Assembly: GCA_977017645.1 (NCBI GenBank)
Contig: OZ360221.1
Coordinates: 205,592,001 to 205,656,000, forward strand
DNA: 64,000 nucleotides
Direction: 5' to 3'
Source of the DNA: Torpedo marmorata
Taxonomy: Eukaryota
Below the pieces are notes generated by a model. That model ran no database searches. It saw only the letters and a program-made list of their open reading frames with translations, and was not told where the DNA came from. This document shows positions 24,831 through 38,628 of this stretch, in pieces. How positions within the stretch are numbered: position 1 is the first letter of the stretch; the number at the start of each line of letters is the position of its first letter. Made by a program: the position numbers and the translations under genes.

Positions 24831-24924
24831 TTAAATGATACGACGGCAGAAATCAGAATGGACCTTCATTCCAGTCTGTCTCATGCACACTTCCTCCATT
24901 TCCATAATAACTGTCACTAATGAA

Positions 24925-25860
24925 ATCATCACTATCAAAGTTCTACACAACCGTGACAAGGATATGCTTCTTCAACCTTCACTTGACATGGATGTCACCA
25001 TTCTTCTCCAACACCTCCTGTTCATTGGGACTGCACTCATTCTGTACCATTTTGCTCTCTCCAATTGTAGTCAGAGAATCGCATGCATTGGTTTCTCTTC
25101 CCACACCTTCTTCCCTCAGAAGCTCTTCAAAGATCTATGCTTACCCCCCCCCCAACAACACCTCATAACACTCCCAGCAGCAACATCCTCTTAAAACGTG
25201 ACATTATGTATTGATTGACAAACAAGACCCAGGTCTCCCTCACCAATATCTCTATATCACCACTATCGCCAGGCTGCCCATTTATCCAGTACCAGGAATA
25301 AACATTGGAATGATGAGCCCAGTCACCAAGTCCCTTCACCAGTCACAACCACTACCTCTCTCCACGTCAACCAACCTTCGCATCTGATCCCAAGTCGGGT
25401 TCTTGACAAATACCCATGTCGTCAACAGGCCCACCATTTCCATCCTAATAACATTGCCCAAGTTTTCACCTCAGCAGATTTCATCCTTAAACTATCCTCT
25501 CAAATCCCCACCCTGCGTTCTACTCTCCTTGAACCCCAGCTCATCCAAAAATGCTAAATGCATCTTAGCTGAACCATCAGCCAGTCCACATCATCCCAAT
25601 TCTGCTGAACAGTAATAGCTCCGATTTAAATTAGATCTGTTTTAAAACTCATTGTTTGCAAATCTTTTCATGGTCTTGCCCTTCCTGTCTCCTTAATCTT
25701 TTCCCAACTCTGCAACTGTTCAAGGTACTGCACTCTGCTCTCATCATCTTGCCCGAATTTTAGATCAGTCCTCCAGAGCGTGGGCCTTCAGCTTCCGAGG
25801 ACCCATGGTCTGCAATTCCTTCCACCTTAACTCCTTCCTCTTAAATCAAGATTTTGACTA
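24925..25860 (+). mobile_element. Ancient L2-like LINE remnant
   Basis: TILLQHL..GTAL....LSNCSQRIACIGFSS resembles L2 RT. Downstream ctcatccaaaa...catcatcccaattctgctga...ttttaaaactc...catggtcttgccc resembles LIQN/HITPVLA/FKIL/HGLAP. Confidence 0.65.
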
Positions 25861-25972
25861 TCTATCTGCCCAAAAATTCATTTTATGATTTGGCTCTATT
25901 TTGAGTTGATGGACCACCTGTATGTTGGGACTGCTACAAACTTGCCTCAAAAAGTGTTTAATCAGCCTGATA

Positions 25973-26642
25973 CGGTAAAACCCCTGTTATCCAGAATTCA
26001 ACCAGCAACCTCAAGCAACCAACAGTAAAATAGAGGAAAATAAATAAATAAAAACATTGAGATGAATAAGAATAAATAAAAATTTAAATAGAAGTAAAAT
26101 TTTAAAAGTAGATGTTCTCTGAAGTAACACAAACCTTTGGTGATGATGGAAGCAAATATCCAGCCAGCGGAGTGCCTTGGTTGTGCTTTGCTCGTAGCAG
26201 CTGTTTGCATAAAGTTTGAATAAAGTTGTGCTTGAATAAAATGGCATCGCCCAGGATGAAGAGTTGGTTGATGCCGCTCACCGTTTGGGTGACTCTCTTT
26301 AAAGTGTCTCCTTATGCCTGCTTAGTAAGAGTCTTTATCGTTATTAGCATATTATTAAGTATATAAGGCTTTATCTGTAAACTTGGGGGAGGGGTTTAAT
26401 TGTGATGTTATTTTTCTTTTGGGCAGCTCCGTGGAGGGGGAGGAACCTGCAGATGCAGTGACGGTTAAATATATAAGGTTTATATATTCATGCAAGTGAA
26501 GTTTGTTCAGTGTAAGTACAGTATAATATTTTTGTCTTTTAAACTGTTTATTCTTAATTCAGGTGTATTACGTAGGTATTGTAATAGTGAGTCTCAAGCA
26601 TCTACCAATCCCCGTAGGTGCCTGATACCAGGGGTTTTACTG
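25973..26642. mobile_element. pogo/Tigger-like non-autonomous DNA transposon
   Basis: Left TA|CGGTAAAACCCCTGTTATC and right GATACCAGGGGTTTTACTG|CA give a ~19-bp imperfect TIR with a TA-type target site. Confidence 0.8.
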
Positions 26643-28339
26643 CATTTTAAAATTATGCAGTCTCTCTTCTAACACATCCAGTTTTTGAATGCAGCTATGA
26701 ATCAGAAAGAACAACTTTCACTCAGTTCCTGCTTAAAGTTGTTTAATGACTGTGACCTTCTTGGATGGAGCAGAACAATCTATACCCTATATGGCAAAAT
26801 ATAATAAAATGCTTGTATAACAGTGCATCATCAGACATATTGCAACTTTAAAGATGAGCTTCTTACAGATCAAATAGGGTAGACATGGTCTGAGATGTAA
26901 TACGCCGGTCCTTTCTAAACCACTATTGGATAAACCTTTCTGTAAAAGTATGTTGGAATGGAATCCAAAAAGAATAGAACCAGTCCTGGTTGCAGTGATC
27001 ATTACCACTACCCCAAGCTGAGGTGCTACAAGAAGAAAAGAGCAGATACCACCTGCTGGAACAGTGTTATAATGGAGAGGAATAAATAAAACAGTGTAGG
27101 GGCTATAATGCAGAAAGGTTCAGCAAGAATCAGTGCTTTTGCTTTATATTTTAGGTAATGGAGTTCTAAAAACAAAAATCATCTATTTCTGGCTCATCAC
27201 ACTGCTTCAGGGGTCCAGTGGCGGTCACAGCCATTCATTTGGGGGTGAATGCACGTACTTTGAAGGTTGGCAGATAATTCATCTTCAGAAGCTTGTCAGG
27301 GCTTTGTCAGTGAAAACTCGGCTTTGCGACTGGCATTGTCATCATCAATTTATCAGATAATTTAAAAGGTGGGATTACAGTGAGACAGTCTGGGTAGGTG
27401 GGAGTGGAACCAAACACTGTTTAATCCCATTTTTATTAATGTAACCAAGGATATTGCAACTGGCTTCTGAAGCTGTGTGACTCTAAATACATTGGATTCA
27501 ATAATTACCAAAGTTTCTAAAAACTATTTTCTTCAAGAACAAACATTTCTGGTATTGTTGATGTTGTCTTGTATGAAACTCCCTGCCACCTACCCCACCG
27601 AAATACAGTCCTGCTCTAAATGTTGGGTAGATGTGGCCTTTTGCCAAATGCAATAATGCGTTTAATTTGACAGTTCCTGTGATGGTACTTACAGGATTAA
27701 AATAGATTAAAAATGCAGAAAGGAGTAGAGGCCACATGCCTTTAACTTAATTAAAAATTTACACTTAGGTTCAAATACAAAATTTCTGCTGGCTCTCAAA
27801 TGTCAGCAAACACCAAATCCTTTTTTTAAAAAAAAAACCAGATCTGGTACGTGCAACTCTGAACAGAAAATGCACCCATTTCATCAGGGTTTGGCAGTAA
27901 CCCTGTGACAAACCACCAGAAAATTTGACAGTGCTCAAAGTTGGCTTCAAAAAAACAGGCAACGGTAGTCTTGTTGAACATAGGATGAGCAGATGTTCCA
28001 TTTGTCCCATGGTGATATAAAGAAGAAAGGCATTGCAAAGCAATGGACACCACCAGAAGAATAACCTGTCCTCTGGCCCCCACCAGGCCATGCACTAACA
28101 AAATACTGATGACCAATACGTTATCTGAGGCTAGAAGCCCAGAAACAATGCAAGATGAAACATGGCTGGCACTCTCTAATGAAGCTTTCAACAGCCTTCA
28201 GACTGTGGAACTTCAGCTAAGTCAAGGTTATGGCTCTAAGTCTGCCCAGACTTCAGATATTCAACTTTTCCAGTAACCACAGGGAAGTGCATTTTCTGAC
28301 TCCAAATCTTCAGCATTCATTCTTTCAAGCACAGTTCAG

Positions 28340-28460
28340 GCCTGCCTATATAAACCTACTACATGATCAATCTAACCCTTTCCTCCCTCACAGTCCATAA
28401 CAACCCACCCACCTCCCCCCCCACCCCAATTTTTCTTACATCCATGTGCTTATCTAAGAA
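28340..28460 (-). mobile_element. CR1-like 3' tail fragment
   Basis: tctaaccctttcctccc...catccatgtgcttatctaaga; reverse complement reads LDKHMD. Confidence 0.55.
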
Positions 28461-29188
28461 TTCTTCAGTGATGTTAACTGCATACTGCAAAGAATACTCA
28501 TAGCAGTTTGTATCAAGAGTATCAAAGAGCACTCAGCCCAACTCGATCCACGTCACATATCTACACTCAGACATTGAGCAGTTTCTCAGAAGCTTTAGGC
28601 CAGTTTTCATTTGTCAAGATATTGGAGATGGAGGGACCCTGGTGTAATGAAGCTGCATATTGATACTTTGATCTTTGTCTTTTAAGAACTGAGCAAAACC
28701 CAACAAATGAAATATTTTAACAACCCTGTCACTTGCAAACAAGCCCTGCTCATCCTCAGCTGTACACAGCATGTCTCAGTCAATTCATTAAAGATGACAA
28801 GATGCACTCAATGTGTGTTATCCATCTTTCCACAAATAAGCTCCTGGAAATGAAATTGTAATTTTGAAAAAACCCAACATTTAAACACCAATTAGTTTCC
28901 ATACCTATCAAGGGCCATTAGTGGCGAGAACTCAGATTGCAGAGGACCGGAATGCTACATTTTCCTCAACCAAGAATGACACTGACCTCACCCTACTTGC
29001 TATTCTCAGGAGACAGGGCTAGTTCAAGTTCAAATTTATTTTCATCTGACTGCGAGATTTGAACAGCATTATTCTTCCATAGATTCTTACCCGTCTCATT
29101 CGACACCAACATCTACGTTCAGAGACCAGGGGAAGGGCGGGCTACCCAGCAATGGTTCTTCTACCTGGAAGGGATATCGTTCTACTAG

Positions 29189-29447
29189 CACATTAACAAG
29201 CTCTTCCGGACCACAAGCCCACAATACACCCAAGTGAGCAATTAATCTACTAACCCCGTGTGTCTTTGGAACATGGGAGGAAACCAAAGCACCCGGAGGA
29301 AACCCTTTCCTCCCTCGCAGTCCATAACAACCCACCCACCCCCTCCCCCGATTTCATGCATACTCCTTACAGACAGCGCCAGATTCGAACCTGGGTCCCT
29401 TGTAATAGCTTTGGGCTAACCGCTATGATAACTAACTGTGCCACCCT
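29189..29447 (-). mobile_element. V-SINE with an internal foreign patch
   Basis: ctccttacagacagcgccagattcgaacctgggtc (B-box, reverse complement) and ggaggaaaccaaagcacccggaggaaaccc; 29305-29360 is not SINE sequence. Confidence 0.85.
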
Positions 29448-30164
29448 TTGAAAAGAATTATGCTCAGGTTTTCAATTGAATGAATAGAATTCAAATTCTC
29501 AAATTGCTTTGATAGATTTCTAATTTATTTTCTGGATTATTAGCTTTGTAACAAAACCACAAAGCTGCCTGTTTTAGTCATCTGCAAAGGACTTTGGAAT
29601 ATAGAGGGAAGTGGGGGTGGGGGGTGAGGCAGGAGCTAACATTTTTTTGTTGAGGGAAAAGAATTAATATCTCTGCACTATGTGCCTGTGAGGCAAAATA
29701 AATGGGAGTGCTTCCAGCATTCTCCACTAAAAGTATCAGACACCAGCGTGCACATTTCATCAGATGCAGCTTAAAACTGCCCATGGTTAATTTGAAGCGC
29801 CAGATAATTTAAATGCAATTAATATAGGTATATGTACACAACTGTGACATCTCAAAACTGTTTTAGGAGCAGCATAGGAGCAAGAGACTTTGCAGAGAGT
29901 TCCGCACTGTATCAGGAAGTCCTACTTTAGTCATAAGTTGAGGAGGAATGGGTGCCAAAAGCTCTGCTTTTGAGATAAATTGAGCAAAAAAAAAATCTTC
30001 ACATGGGGAAGGATACAGTTCCCAGGCTACCTCTGGCTAACAGAGCATGGGAACAAGAATAACAATAAATTTGCATTGAAAATAAAGGAATTTTAAAAAA
30101 ATGCTTTTCACTTGCTTATGATTAACCAAAGCAGCCAAAAAAAGAGTCTTTCAAATGCAATGTG

Positions 30165-30460
30165 CATAACATACTGGAGAAACTCAACAGGTCACATCAC
30201 ATCCATTAGCAAAGGGTAACCAACATTTCAGGCCTGGGCCGATGGCTGAATCAAAAGGTGGGGGGGGGGGGGAGAAGAGGGGAAGGGAGCACAGGTGAAC
30301 AGGTAAGATGTTATAGGTGGATGCAGGTGAGAAGGGTTCAAGAGAAAAAAATCTGAGAAGTGGATTGAATCTGAGAAATCCTATGGATGCTGCGTGACCT
30401 GCTGAGTTTCTCTCACATGTACTGCACTTGATCCCAGTTTCTGAAGACGTTCGTGTTTTT
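30165..30460. mobile_element. Penelope-like fold-back remnant
   Basis: ctggagaaactcaacaggtcac at ~30174 and the inverted ggatgctgcgtgacctgctgagtttctc at ~30385-30412. Confidence 0.75.
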
Positions 30461-31679
30461 TGAATGTTTTCAACTTGAGTCATGCATTGACAACCATTCT
30501 CACAAACATACTTTGTTCTCTCATCCTTGTCACACGATGGCGTCGATTCCTCACTGACTTCACAGGCCCTGACAACATATTTGAAACCAAGTCAGCAGTT
30601 CAAATCCACCAGAAGAAACAATCAAACCTGATCAGGTTGCACGTACATTCTTGTCCAAATAAAGTCCTCTGCCGGTCCAATTGAGAAAAACAACCCAATT
30701 AGCTCCTAGCACCAGTAAAGTGATTCTAGCATAATCAACAGGATGGAGTACAAAGCTGAGCAAAGGGACAACTCCAAAATGGGATGCAACACTCCACTTC
30801 CACTCAATCTTGAGATTTCTCTTTGAGGATTTAGATAGAGACAAGAAGAAAAAGAAAAAAATCACAAAAGTTCCTGCAACAAAAGTTCAAAGTTCCTGGG
30901 AAAACAATTTCCATGTTTTGTGGGAATTTTCAGCCCACTTTCCAGAATGTTCATTAAACAGCAATGAAAAAACAGTCAGTTGTTCTGAAAATACTGAAAT
31001 GAACCAACATTGATGCAATCTCAACTGTACAGTTACTGTGCAGCACATACACAATTAGGAACCCACTAGTTGCACTAACAGAATATGATTAAAACAGATT
31101 TTGAGTTAGCATAAAGTCGATTTGAACATAATTGTATTACAAGCACTGAAGCAGCACACTTGTTGCAGAAGCCATCCACATTTTCACAATATATTTTTAA
31201 CCACTGCAGCAGCATATTAGCATGGAAGAATTATTTTTCCACTATGAAGATGTGCACTTCATCTTGTGAAAGATTTTCTGACAACAGAGTGAGATGCCAG
31301 CCAAATCCATGAAGGGAATCTATATACAAAAGAAACTACTCAGCACTACTAGGTCAAGTCAGTTATCAGTACTGAGTTAATTGTCACTTTCTGGAGCAGT
31401 TAGAAACCATTTATTTTACTTTTCCTCAGTACAAGGAAGATGTGGGCAAAAATTACACTCACTGCCCATCCAACTGCCAGCGATTAGGGATACAGATATT
31501 AGGTTTTACAGATCAAACACAGAAGATTAACCATGGATGGACAAGGCCATGGCCGCCAGTTTCCTTTCTCAAAAGGATACCAGCAATCCAGTTCTGTTTT
31601 AAGATATAATTTTACATCTTTTGTTGTGATTTCCCCCCGCCCCTCCCCAAATAGGTTGGGTTTTGTAGAGTGACGATTA

Positions 31680-31900
31680 CACTCAGCCAAGCAATCTCCC
31701 GGTCTACGTCCAGTCTCTCTGATGTAGAGGAGACCACGTGATGCAGTAGATGACTCCCACAGATTCACAAGTGAAGTGTTGCTTAACTTGGAAGGACTGT
31801 TTAAGGCCACGAATGGTGGTGAGGGAGGAGGTGTGGGTGCAAGTGTGGCACTTCCTGTGGTCACAGGGGATGGTGCCAAGGAGGCGATTAGTGGGAAGGG
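31680..31900 (-). mobile_element. Penelope-like GIY-YIG coding fragment
   Basis: GTIPCDHRKCHTC...KQSFQVKQHFTCESVGVIYCI and LLYIRETGRR.GDCLAE. Confidence 0.88.
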
Positions 31901-33004
31901 ATATTTTAAATTTAGACATGCAGCACAGTAACAGGCCATTTCGGTCCACGAGTCTGTGCCGTCCAATTTATGTGTCAGTCCGTATCAGAAGTATCACCAT
32001 TTTCAACCAAAGAATAGCAAGGCTACAGATTTAATTTATGGAAGATGTCAGAAGTACCGTATATCCTGCAACAATTATACCAATAACTTTTATTTGATGG
32101 CAAATCACCTCATGGCATTTCACAGGTGATATTATCAAGCAATTAGTTTTGACACACTGAGCTGTACAAGGTGTCAAATCTAATAACCCAAAACTGTTTG
32201 GTGGCAAGTATTAAGCTTGTGACTCAAAGGGTTACAAGTAGCATTCTTGCCATCTTAGAGAAGGGTGCAACTAAATTGAAAGTGGCAAAGTTTATTAGAA
32301 TGTATAACCCATAATCAAATCAGCGTTTGTGATATCGAATTCAACAAGCGGTGCCAACCAATTCAATGTCAGAGGTACATTTCAGGGGGCCCAATTTTAC
32401 CCTTCAATGGCACTACACTTATTGAACTGCACTCTACTCTGTACACAAAGGATAGGCAGTACACCCAACACTACATTTACAAAGCAGGAAAGCAGCACAC
32501 ACAATCTGGGTTATTTCCCCCTAAAAGGAAACATATTGAGGAGGGAAAAAATCCACACTTTTGAAATGCGTGAAAGGTACTATAGATGCAGAATCATGAC
32601 TTTCAGCCTTTTCAGCCATTTGGTATTTCTCGTAGATACAACACTCAAATTACTGTCAGGTTTGCAATGCACGTAGCACGGCAGAAAACACACATTTAAA
32701 GAATTGGATGCAGTCATATTACCAAAAAGAGGTTTGAAACATCTGTGGAACAAAGCAGAAACAGGGAATTAAGAAGAGAATTGTTGATTCCACTAGTAAT
32801 ATTGAAGGAGCCACATATTCCAGTCTGGAGATTTGTTATGCTGATCCCAATTTACAGTTGCCTTAGGCTAGTTCCTATCACATACATTCATGCCTGTTCT
32901 AGTTCAGACTGGCACCTCACAACACCATACTCTGTTCTGAGAAGTCCACTGTCCACCTATTTACCTGTCTACCTATAAGTTCCTTCACTTTATTAGTTAG
33001 TATC

Positions 33005-33100
33005 ATAAAAATAGTTCAGAAGCCTGAGGACCAGCACCTCTAAATTCCAGAACAGTCTTTATCCAACAGCTATCAGATTCGTGAACCTCTCTGTACTACC
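33005..33100 (+). mobile_element. Rex1-like ORF 3' terminal fragment
   Basis: agaagcctgaggaccagcacc...aacagtctttatccaacagctatcagattcgtgaac reads RSLRTST..FQNSLYPTAIRFVN. Confidence 0.65.
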
Positions 33101-33210
33101 CTAACCCTCATCAGAAATACTCCGGGACCACCCAAAGATCTGTCTGCGCTACTGCAATGCCACTAACTGTAACTATGAACATTTATCGATCTGTCCTTTG
33201 ATATTTAATA

Positions 33211-33432
33211 AGGGCAGCACGGTTAGGGTAGAGGATAGCACAACGCTATTACAGCACTAGCGACCCAGGTTCGAATCTGCTGCTGTCTGTAATGAGTTTG
33301 TACGATTTCCACGTGACCTGCTTGGGTTTCTTCTGGACACTCCATTTCCTAACATGTTCCAAAGCCATGTGGTTAATTGGTCACGTGGGTGTAATTGGGC
33401 AGCGTGGGCTGGCTGTGCTGCATCTCTAAAAC
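33211..33432 (+). mobile_element. V-SINE
   Basis: gggcagcacggtt...gcgacccaggttcgaatctg...gtctgtaatgagtttgtacg. Confidence 0.88.
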
Positions 33433-34069
33433 TATAAACAAGCTCTGTCGAGTTTATCAAGATTTTGATTCTTTTTTGTTTGTGAATGTAAAACAGAGGA
33501 TTCAATCTTAAGGCTTGGCCAGAGGAAGACAAAGAGTTGGACAGGATACAGACTTAGTGAGGCTGAAAAGCAGTGTTTCGTACACCAGGGGTTAAGCTTG
33601 CTGATCTGCGTAATGTTAGCCTTCCCCCTTACAGTACCCAGCACAAAAAGCAGGCCTGTGTTGTTAATTATACAGGGCAATGCCAGACTCCCATGTGGTT
33701 ATGTGATCTTGCATTACCTCAGAGACCAGCAGCAGCAATGGCCTGCACACTCTCAAATATGATTTCCAGCATTAAACCGAAGTCCTGAATATAACAGCTT
33801 CCACTCCCATTCACGTTAACAAATTTTACAAAAAACAAGGAACTAAAAGAGAGCCAGAACAAATGCCAAGGCTCATAAAACTGCAGTTTCAAACAATGTT
33901 ATCTTGCAGCCATCAAGTCTACAGAGGGACAGACTACTTTTGGAACATCAGTGGTTTGCCTCTCTCTCCTCAGGGTAATCCAGAGCATTACAGCCTGATA
34001 AGAATTAAAAGATCACATCTGGGGCTCAACATTTTGCAGTATGAATGGAACAAAATTTAATTTTGAAAG

Positions 34070-35905
34070 TTTATAGTCATGCAGCATGGAAACACACCCT
34101 TCAGCCCAACTCATCCATGCTGGCCATGATGCCCTTCTGCACTGATCCCATCTCCTTGCATTTATTTGGCCCATATCCCTCTATCGCTTTCCTATCCATG
34201 TAACTGTCCAAATGCTTTTTAAACGCTGTGATTTTAACTGCCTCTACCGCTCCCTCTGCAGCTTGTTCCATATAGTCATCACCCTGTGTGAAAAATGTAC
34301 CCCTCTTTTCCCCCTCTTCTTAAATGCACGTCTTAATTTAAGATCTCCCTGCACGGGAAAATAATGCAATTATCTACCCTATGCCCCCAATAATTTTGTA
34401 AACCTCTAAGGTCACCCTTATGTGCCTCTTGTGCTCCACTGAGAACGCCAGACTACCCAATATTTCCTTCTAACTAAAACCCTCCATTCTACAAAGCATC
34501 CAGGTAAATCTCTTCTCTAATCTTTCTAGTCCTACCACATCCTTTCGATAGATAGTATGGTGACCAGAAGTGTGCACAATATTCCAAGTGTGGTCCAACC
34601 AATCTCTTGTGTAACAGCAATGTTCCAACTCATACTCAATACTCATCCATGAAGGGAAGCAAGCTAAATGCCTTCTTAACTACCCTTTTGATCTGTGGTG
34701 CCATTTTCAAGGAGCTATAAACTTGTACCCCAAGGTCCCTCAGTCATCAACACAGATCTATGCTGTTTACTGAGCACGTCCTGCCAGAGTTAGATGACCC
34801 AAAATGCATTACTTTACACTTGTCTGGATTAGATTCCATCTGCCCAATTTTCCAGCTGATCCATGACCTTTGGGATCCCAGAGAACCATCCTTCCCATCT
34901 ACAACCCAGCAGCACACTTCCTTATCGCACCCCAGATATTTTCATCCAAGCCATTTATATATAACATGACAAACGGTCCCAGAACCAATCCCTGCAGTAC
35001 ACCACAGGTTACAGACTACCGGTCAGAAACACAACCCACTACCCTCTGCCTCAAATCACCAAACCAATTTCGGACCTAGCTTGTCAAAACACTTTGGATC
35101 CCATGTGCCCTAACTTTCTGGACCAGCCAATCATGTGGGACCTTGTCAAAAGCTTGCTAAAATCCAGGTATACCACATCTACCACATTGCCTTCAATTTT
35201 TTTTAAATAACTTCTTTAAAAAAAAATTTGTGAGGCTAGATTTCCCATGCATAAAACCCTTCTGACTCCCCTTTCCAAGTGGTTGTAAATCCTCTCCTTG
35301 AGAATTTTTCCAATAGATTCCCTACTGTTCAGACAAGACTCACTGGCATGTAGTTTACTGGCTCATCCTCATAGCTCATTTTAAATATCTTCTGGTACCT
35401 CTCACCCATGACCAAGAATGATTCAACAATTTCCTATCCCTGACATACACTTCCATAATCAGACCCCCAGCATCTCCTCCCTTTGCCTCTCACAAAACCC
35501 TGGGAAAGATTTCATTAAGCCTTGGGGATTACTCCACTTTAATGTGTGTCAATATCCCCAACACCACCTCCTTCTTGACACACACACTCCAAACCATCAG
35601 CATACTCCTATCCAAATACCCCACCTTTCCATCTTTCTTCCTGGTGAATACTGAGGTAAAGAATTCATCCAGGACACCACTCAAAGAATTCCCCTTCATT
35701 TCACGAGGAAAGGGCTCTTTCCTTGCTAACCTCGTGCTTCTAATAGGTTTTGTATCCTTTTCTAATTCACGTCTCCTTTTTGCCTTCCTTACCACTCTCT
35801 TTAAAATCTTTCCTATATCATCTATAAACCTCACTATAAACTTCTCCTTTTTCCTAACCAAACCCTCAATTTCCTCAGTAAAGGGTTCCTAATCTTACCA
35901 CCTTT
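34070..35905 (-). mobile_element. Old, heavily deleted CR1-like LINE
   Basis: Reverse-complement hallmarks: tgaccagaagtgtgcacaatattccaagtgtgg (PHLEYCAHFWS), gggaccttgtcaaaagcttgctaaaatccag (LDFS..FDKVP), VLDEFFTSVFT, and a CR1 tail at 34080-34200. Confidence 0.88.
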
Positions 35906-36559
35906 GCTTCTTGCCGAAGTTGTTCAAGTGTTACATAAACAACAAACACCAGCTTCAAAAGAAAGCATTCATGCAATACTTTCCATGACCTCAGCACCTC
36001 ACCCGCACTTCGGATACAAATTGCTTTTGAAATGGTTTGGTGCACAGCAAGAAATATCACAATTATGGGCATGGCAATTTCTACGGTAAAGTGCCACAGG
36101 ATCCAAGATGAAAAACAAAGGGCCTTGGTTTCACACCAAAATTGCCACCGCACTCCCCCCTCCTCCCCCCCCTGCAATGCATCCTCTGCTGGAGCATTGA
36201 GTCGAAATTGTGTGCCTGCTAGTAGGAATTTCTCCCCCGACTCAGAGATTCAGCTATGAGTGAGCCACAGCTGGAGGAGCTAGACAAAAACAAAATCACA
36301 AAGAACTGCAGCCTTCCATTCCAAAGACGTCCCTTCCTTGATTATCCTACACAATATAAAGATCTAAAATGTTTAATTTGGACATACAGCACAGTAACAG
36401 GCCCTTCTGGCCCACGACGCAGCCTCCTCCCACCATCCCTCCCCCCCACCCCCCCGACAGCCTCCTGCCGCCCTCCACCCCAACTGATAATTTCCAGCAT
36501 TTCCTATTTTTATTTCAGGGTTAAATTTGTCATGGTAATTGCTGAAGTTGAAAACTCAA

Positions 36560-36985
36560 AAAATACTACAGCACAGGAACAGGCTCTTCGGCCCACATGT
36601 CTGTGCTGGACATGATGCCCAAGTTAAACTAAAGCTTTGGTGCTTGCACCTGATACATATCTCTATTCTCTGCATACTATATCTCGAAGCCTCTTAAATG
36701 CTACAAATCTATCTGCTTCAACCACTGACCCTAGCAGCCCATTCCAGGCACCCACCACTTGCTGTGTAACATCTTTAAACAAACATCTCCTTTAAACCCC
36801 CACATCCCCAAAGCATGTCCTCAAGTGTGTGACATTTTTACCCTGAGAAAAATATTGACTTTATACCCTATCAATGCCTTTCATAATTTTGTAAATTTTC
36901 TACCAGGTCTTCCCTCCGCCTCCGACACTCCAAAGAGAGCAAATGAAAAGTTTGTCCAGCCTCTAATCCAGGCAATACACTGGTA
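36560..36985 (-). mobile_element. CR1-like 3' end, degenerate
   Basis: acagcacaggaacaggctcttcggcccac tail; cattccaggcacccaccact (VVGAWN); tcataattttgtaaa (YKIM). Confidence 0.8.
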
Positions 36986-38421
36986 CATTAACATCTTTTC
37001 AATGAGTATTTCCAATGTCGGCTATTTTTTTTTATTTTCAATTAATTTTGAAAACCTGAGAGGTATCAACTAGAATCCCCAAACAATACCCCCACCGAGT
37101 GTTGTAACTGGCACTCATCTGGTACCTATCATCCTTGAGATTCCAATTTAAGATTCATCCACCAAAACCAAACCCAAAGAAAGGCATTCCAGTAGAGGTA
37201 CAGTACATTAAAATGTCAAGAGGACAGAGGTCATTTTTACCAAGGCAACCAAAAACTGTTACAAATTTTTAGATACTGAAGAATTACACAATCTGCACTA
37301 CATATTATGTGTCTGAACCACTGTTAAAGTACCCTGTACTTGTAGTAGTAGTAATACTCCTACTACACATGCCAGCAAATGAAATATTTTAATAATTTGC
37401 CCCACAAACAGAAGGTAGCTATAATTTTGAAATTTAAAGCAGCCACAGTTAACTGCACAGTTGGTAACATTCTTTTCATTTGCAAATTATATCAATTAAA
37501 ACCAAAGCAAAATAAAGCTGCCTTATCCTCTCCACTTTTGTTGCTGAACTAGCAATTACATAAATTCAAGAATATTTTTTAATTGAACAAAAAAATCCTC
37601 AACTATTTTCGCTTCATTAATAGTGCACGAGATTTTGCAAGCAGCCATTAGACCCCCATAATCGAGTACATAACATGCCAACTTGACTACCAAGTAAATA
37701 AACAGAGGAAGCATTTTAGTTTAACCAGCAAAAAAAAATCATGATTGTGTAATTGACCACAGGTCAATGGCTGTTTAGGAGGATGGATTTCTCTCAAAAT
37801 TTCCAACACAAGTGTTTTAGACAATGGTGGGTTAATTCAGAAAACATTAGAAATAGTCAAGTAGTTAAGACACCATTACTGGCAAGAATAGGCTAGCATT
37901 TCAGGTTGATAAGTCTGTCTGGCAACTATTTTCCTGCATTTTCTACTTTGTTAATATTTCTACAATTTACACTATTTTCCTTTTGTATAATTAACTCCAC
38001 GACAAGAGTAAGCCTCTATGCGATGTGCCCTCCCCAGGAGTGCTTGTGTGAAGATGCCAAAAATGTGTCCCCAGAAATCATACATGCACAGAATGTGTCC
38101 CAAAGTTTGCCCAGTGTTGCACTCGATGGTGCATAACTAACTCCCGTTTTCATACCAATATTCAAGAATTACCATTGGGAGGAGTCGTTTTGTGTGAGGA
38201 TGTGCCTTTTGCCTTCCAATATGATGGTAGTTTAATCGCACGGATGGAAGTCGACAATTTGGGTGGTGAGACGCGATGGGAATTTAAGTTGCTATGAAGG
38301 ATCCCATAAGAAACTGCACCAAGTTATCCTTTGAATGTTGGGGTAGGCTGTTCCAGGAGAGGTTTGAAAGCTTTAGCAATAAGTGGCATTACATCTCCAT
38401 AAATCCATAACTCTGCTGACC

Positions 38422-38628
38422 TTCTTCCCTGCTGCCATCAGATTCCTGAATAATCAATGAACCAAAGACACTGCCTTACTTTTTGTGCACTATTATTTTT
38501 TTATTTTTATATATATATATATATATATATGTATGTCGTAAGATGGTTATAATATGAATGTCTGCACTATGATGCTGCCGCAAAACACCAAATTTCATGA
38601 CTTGTTCATGCCAATAAATTCTGATTCA
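38422..38628 (+). mobile_element. Rex1-like 3' end, same young family as 10722-12115
   Basis: cttcttccctgctgccatcagattcctgaataatcaatgaaccaaagacactgcc matches 11934-11990; internal (TA)n; aataaattctgattc tail. Confidence 0.93.

Noticed and set aside
35898-35920. cacctttgcttcttgcc resembling the start of the shared MITE cargo
   Set aside because: Only ~16 nt at the edge of a CR1 remnant, and the similarity does not extend.
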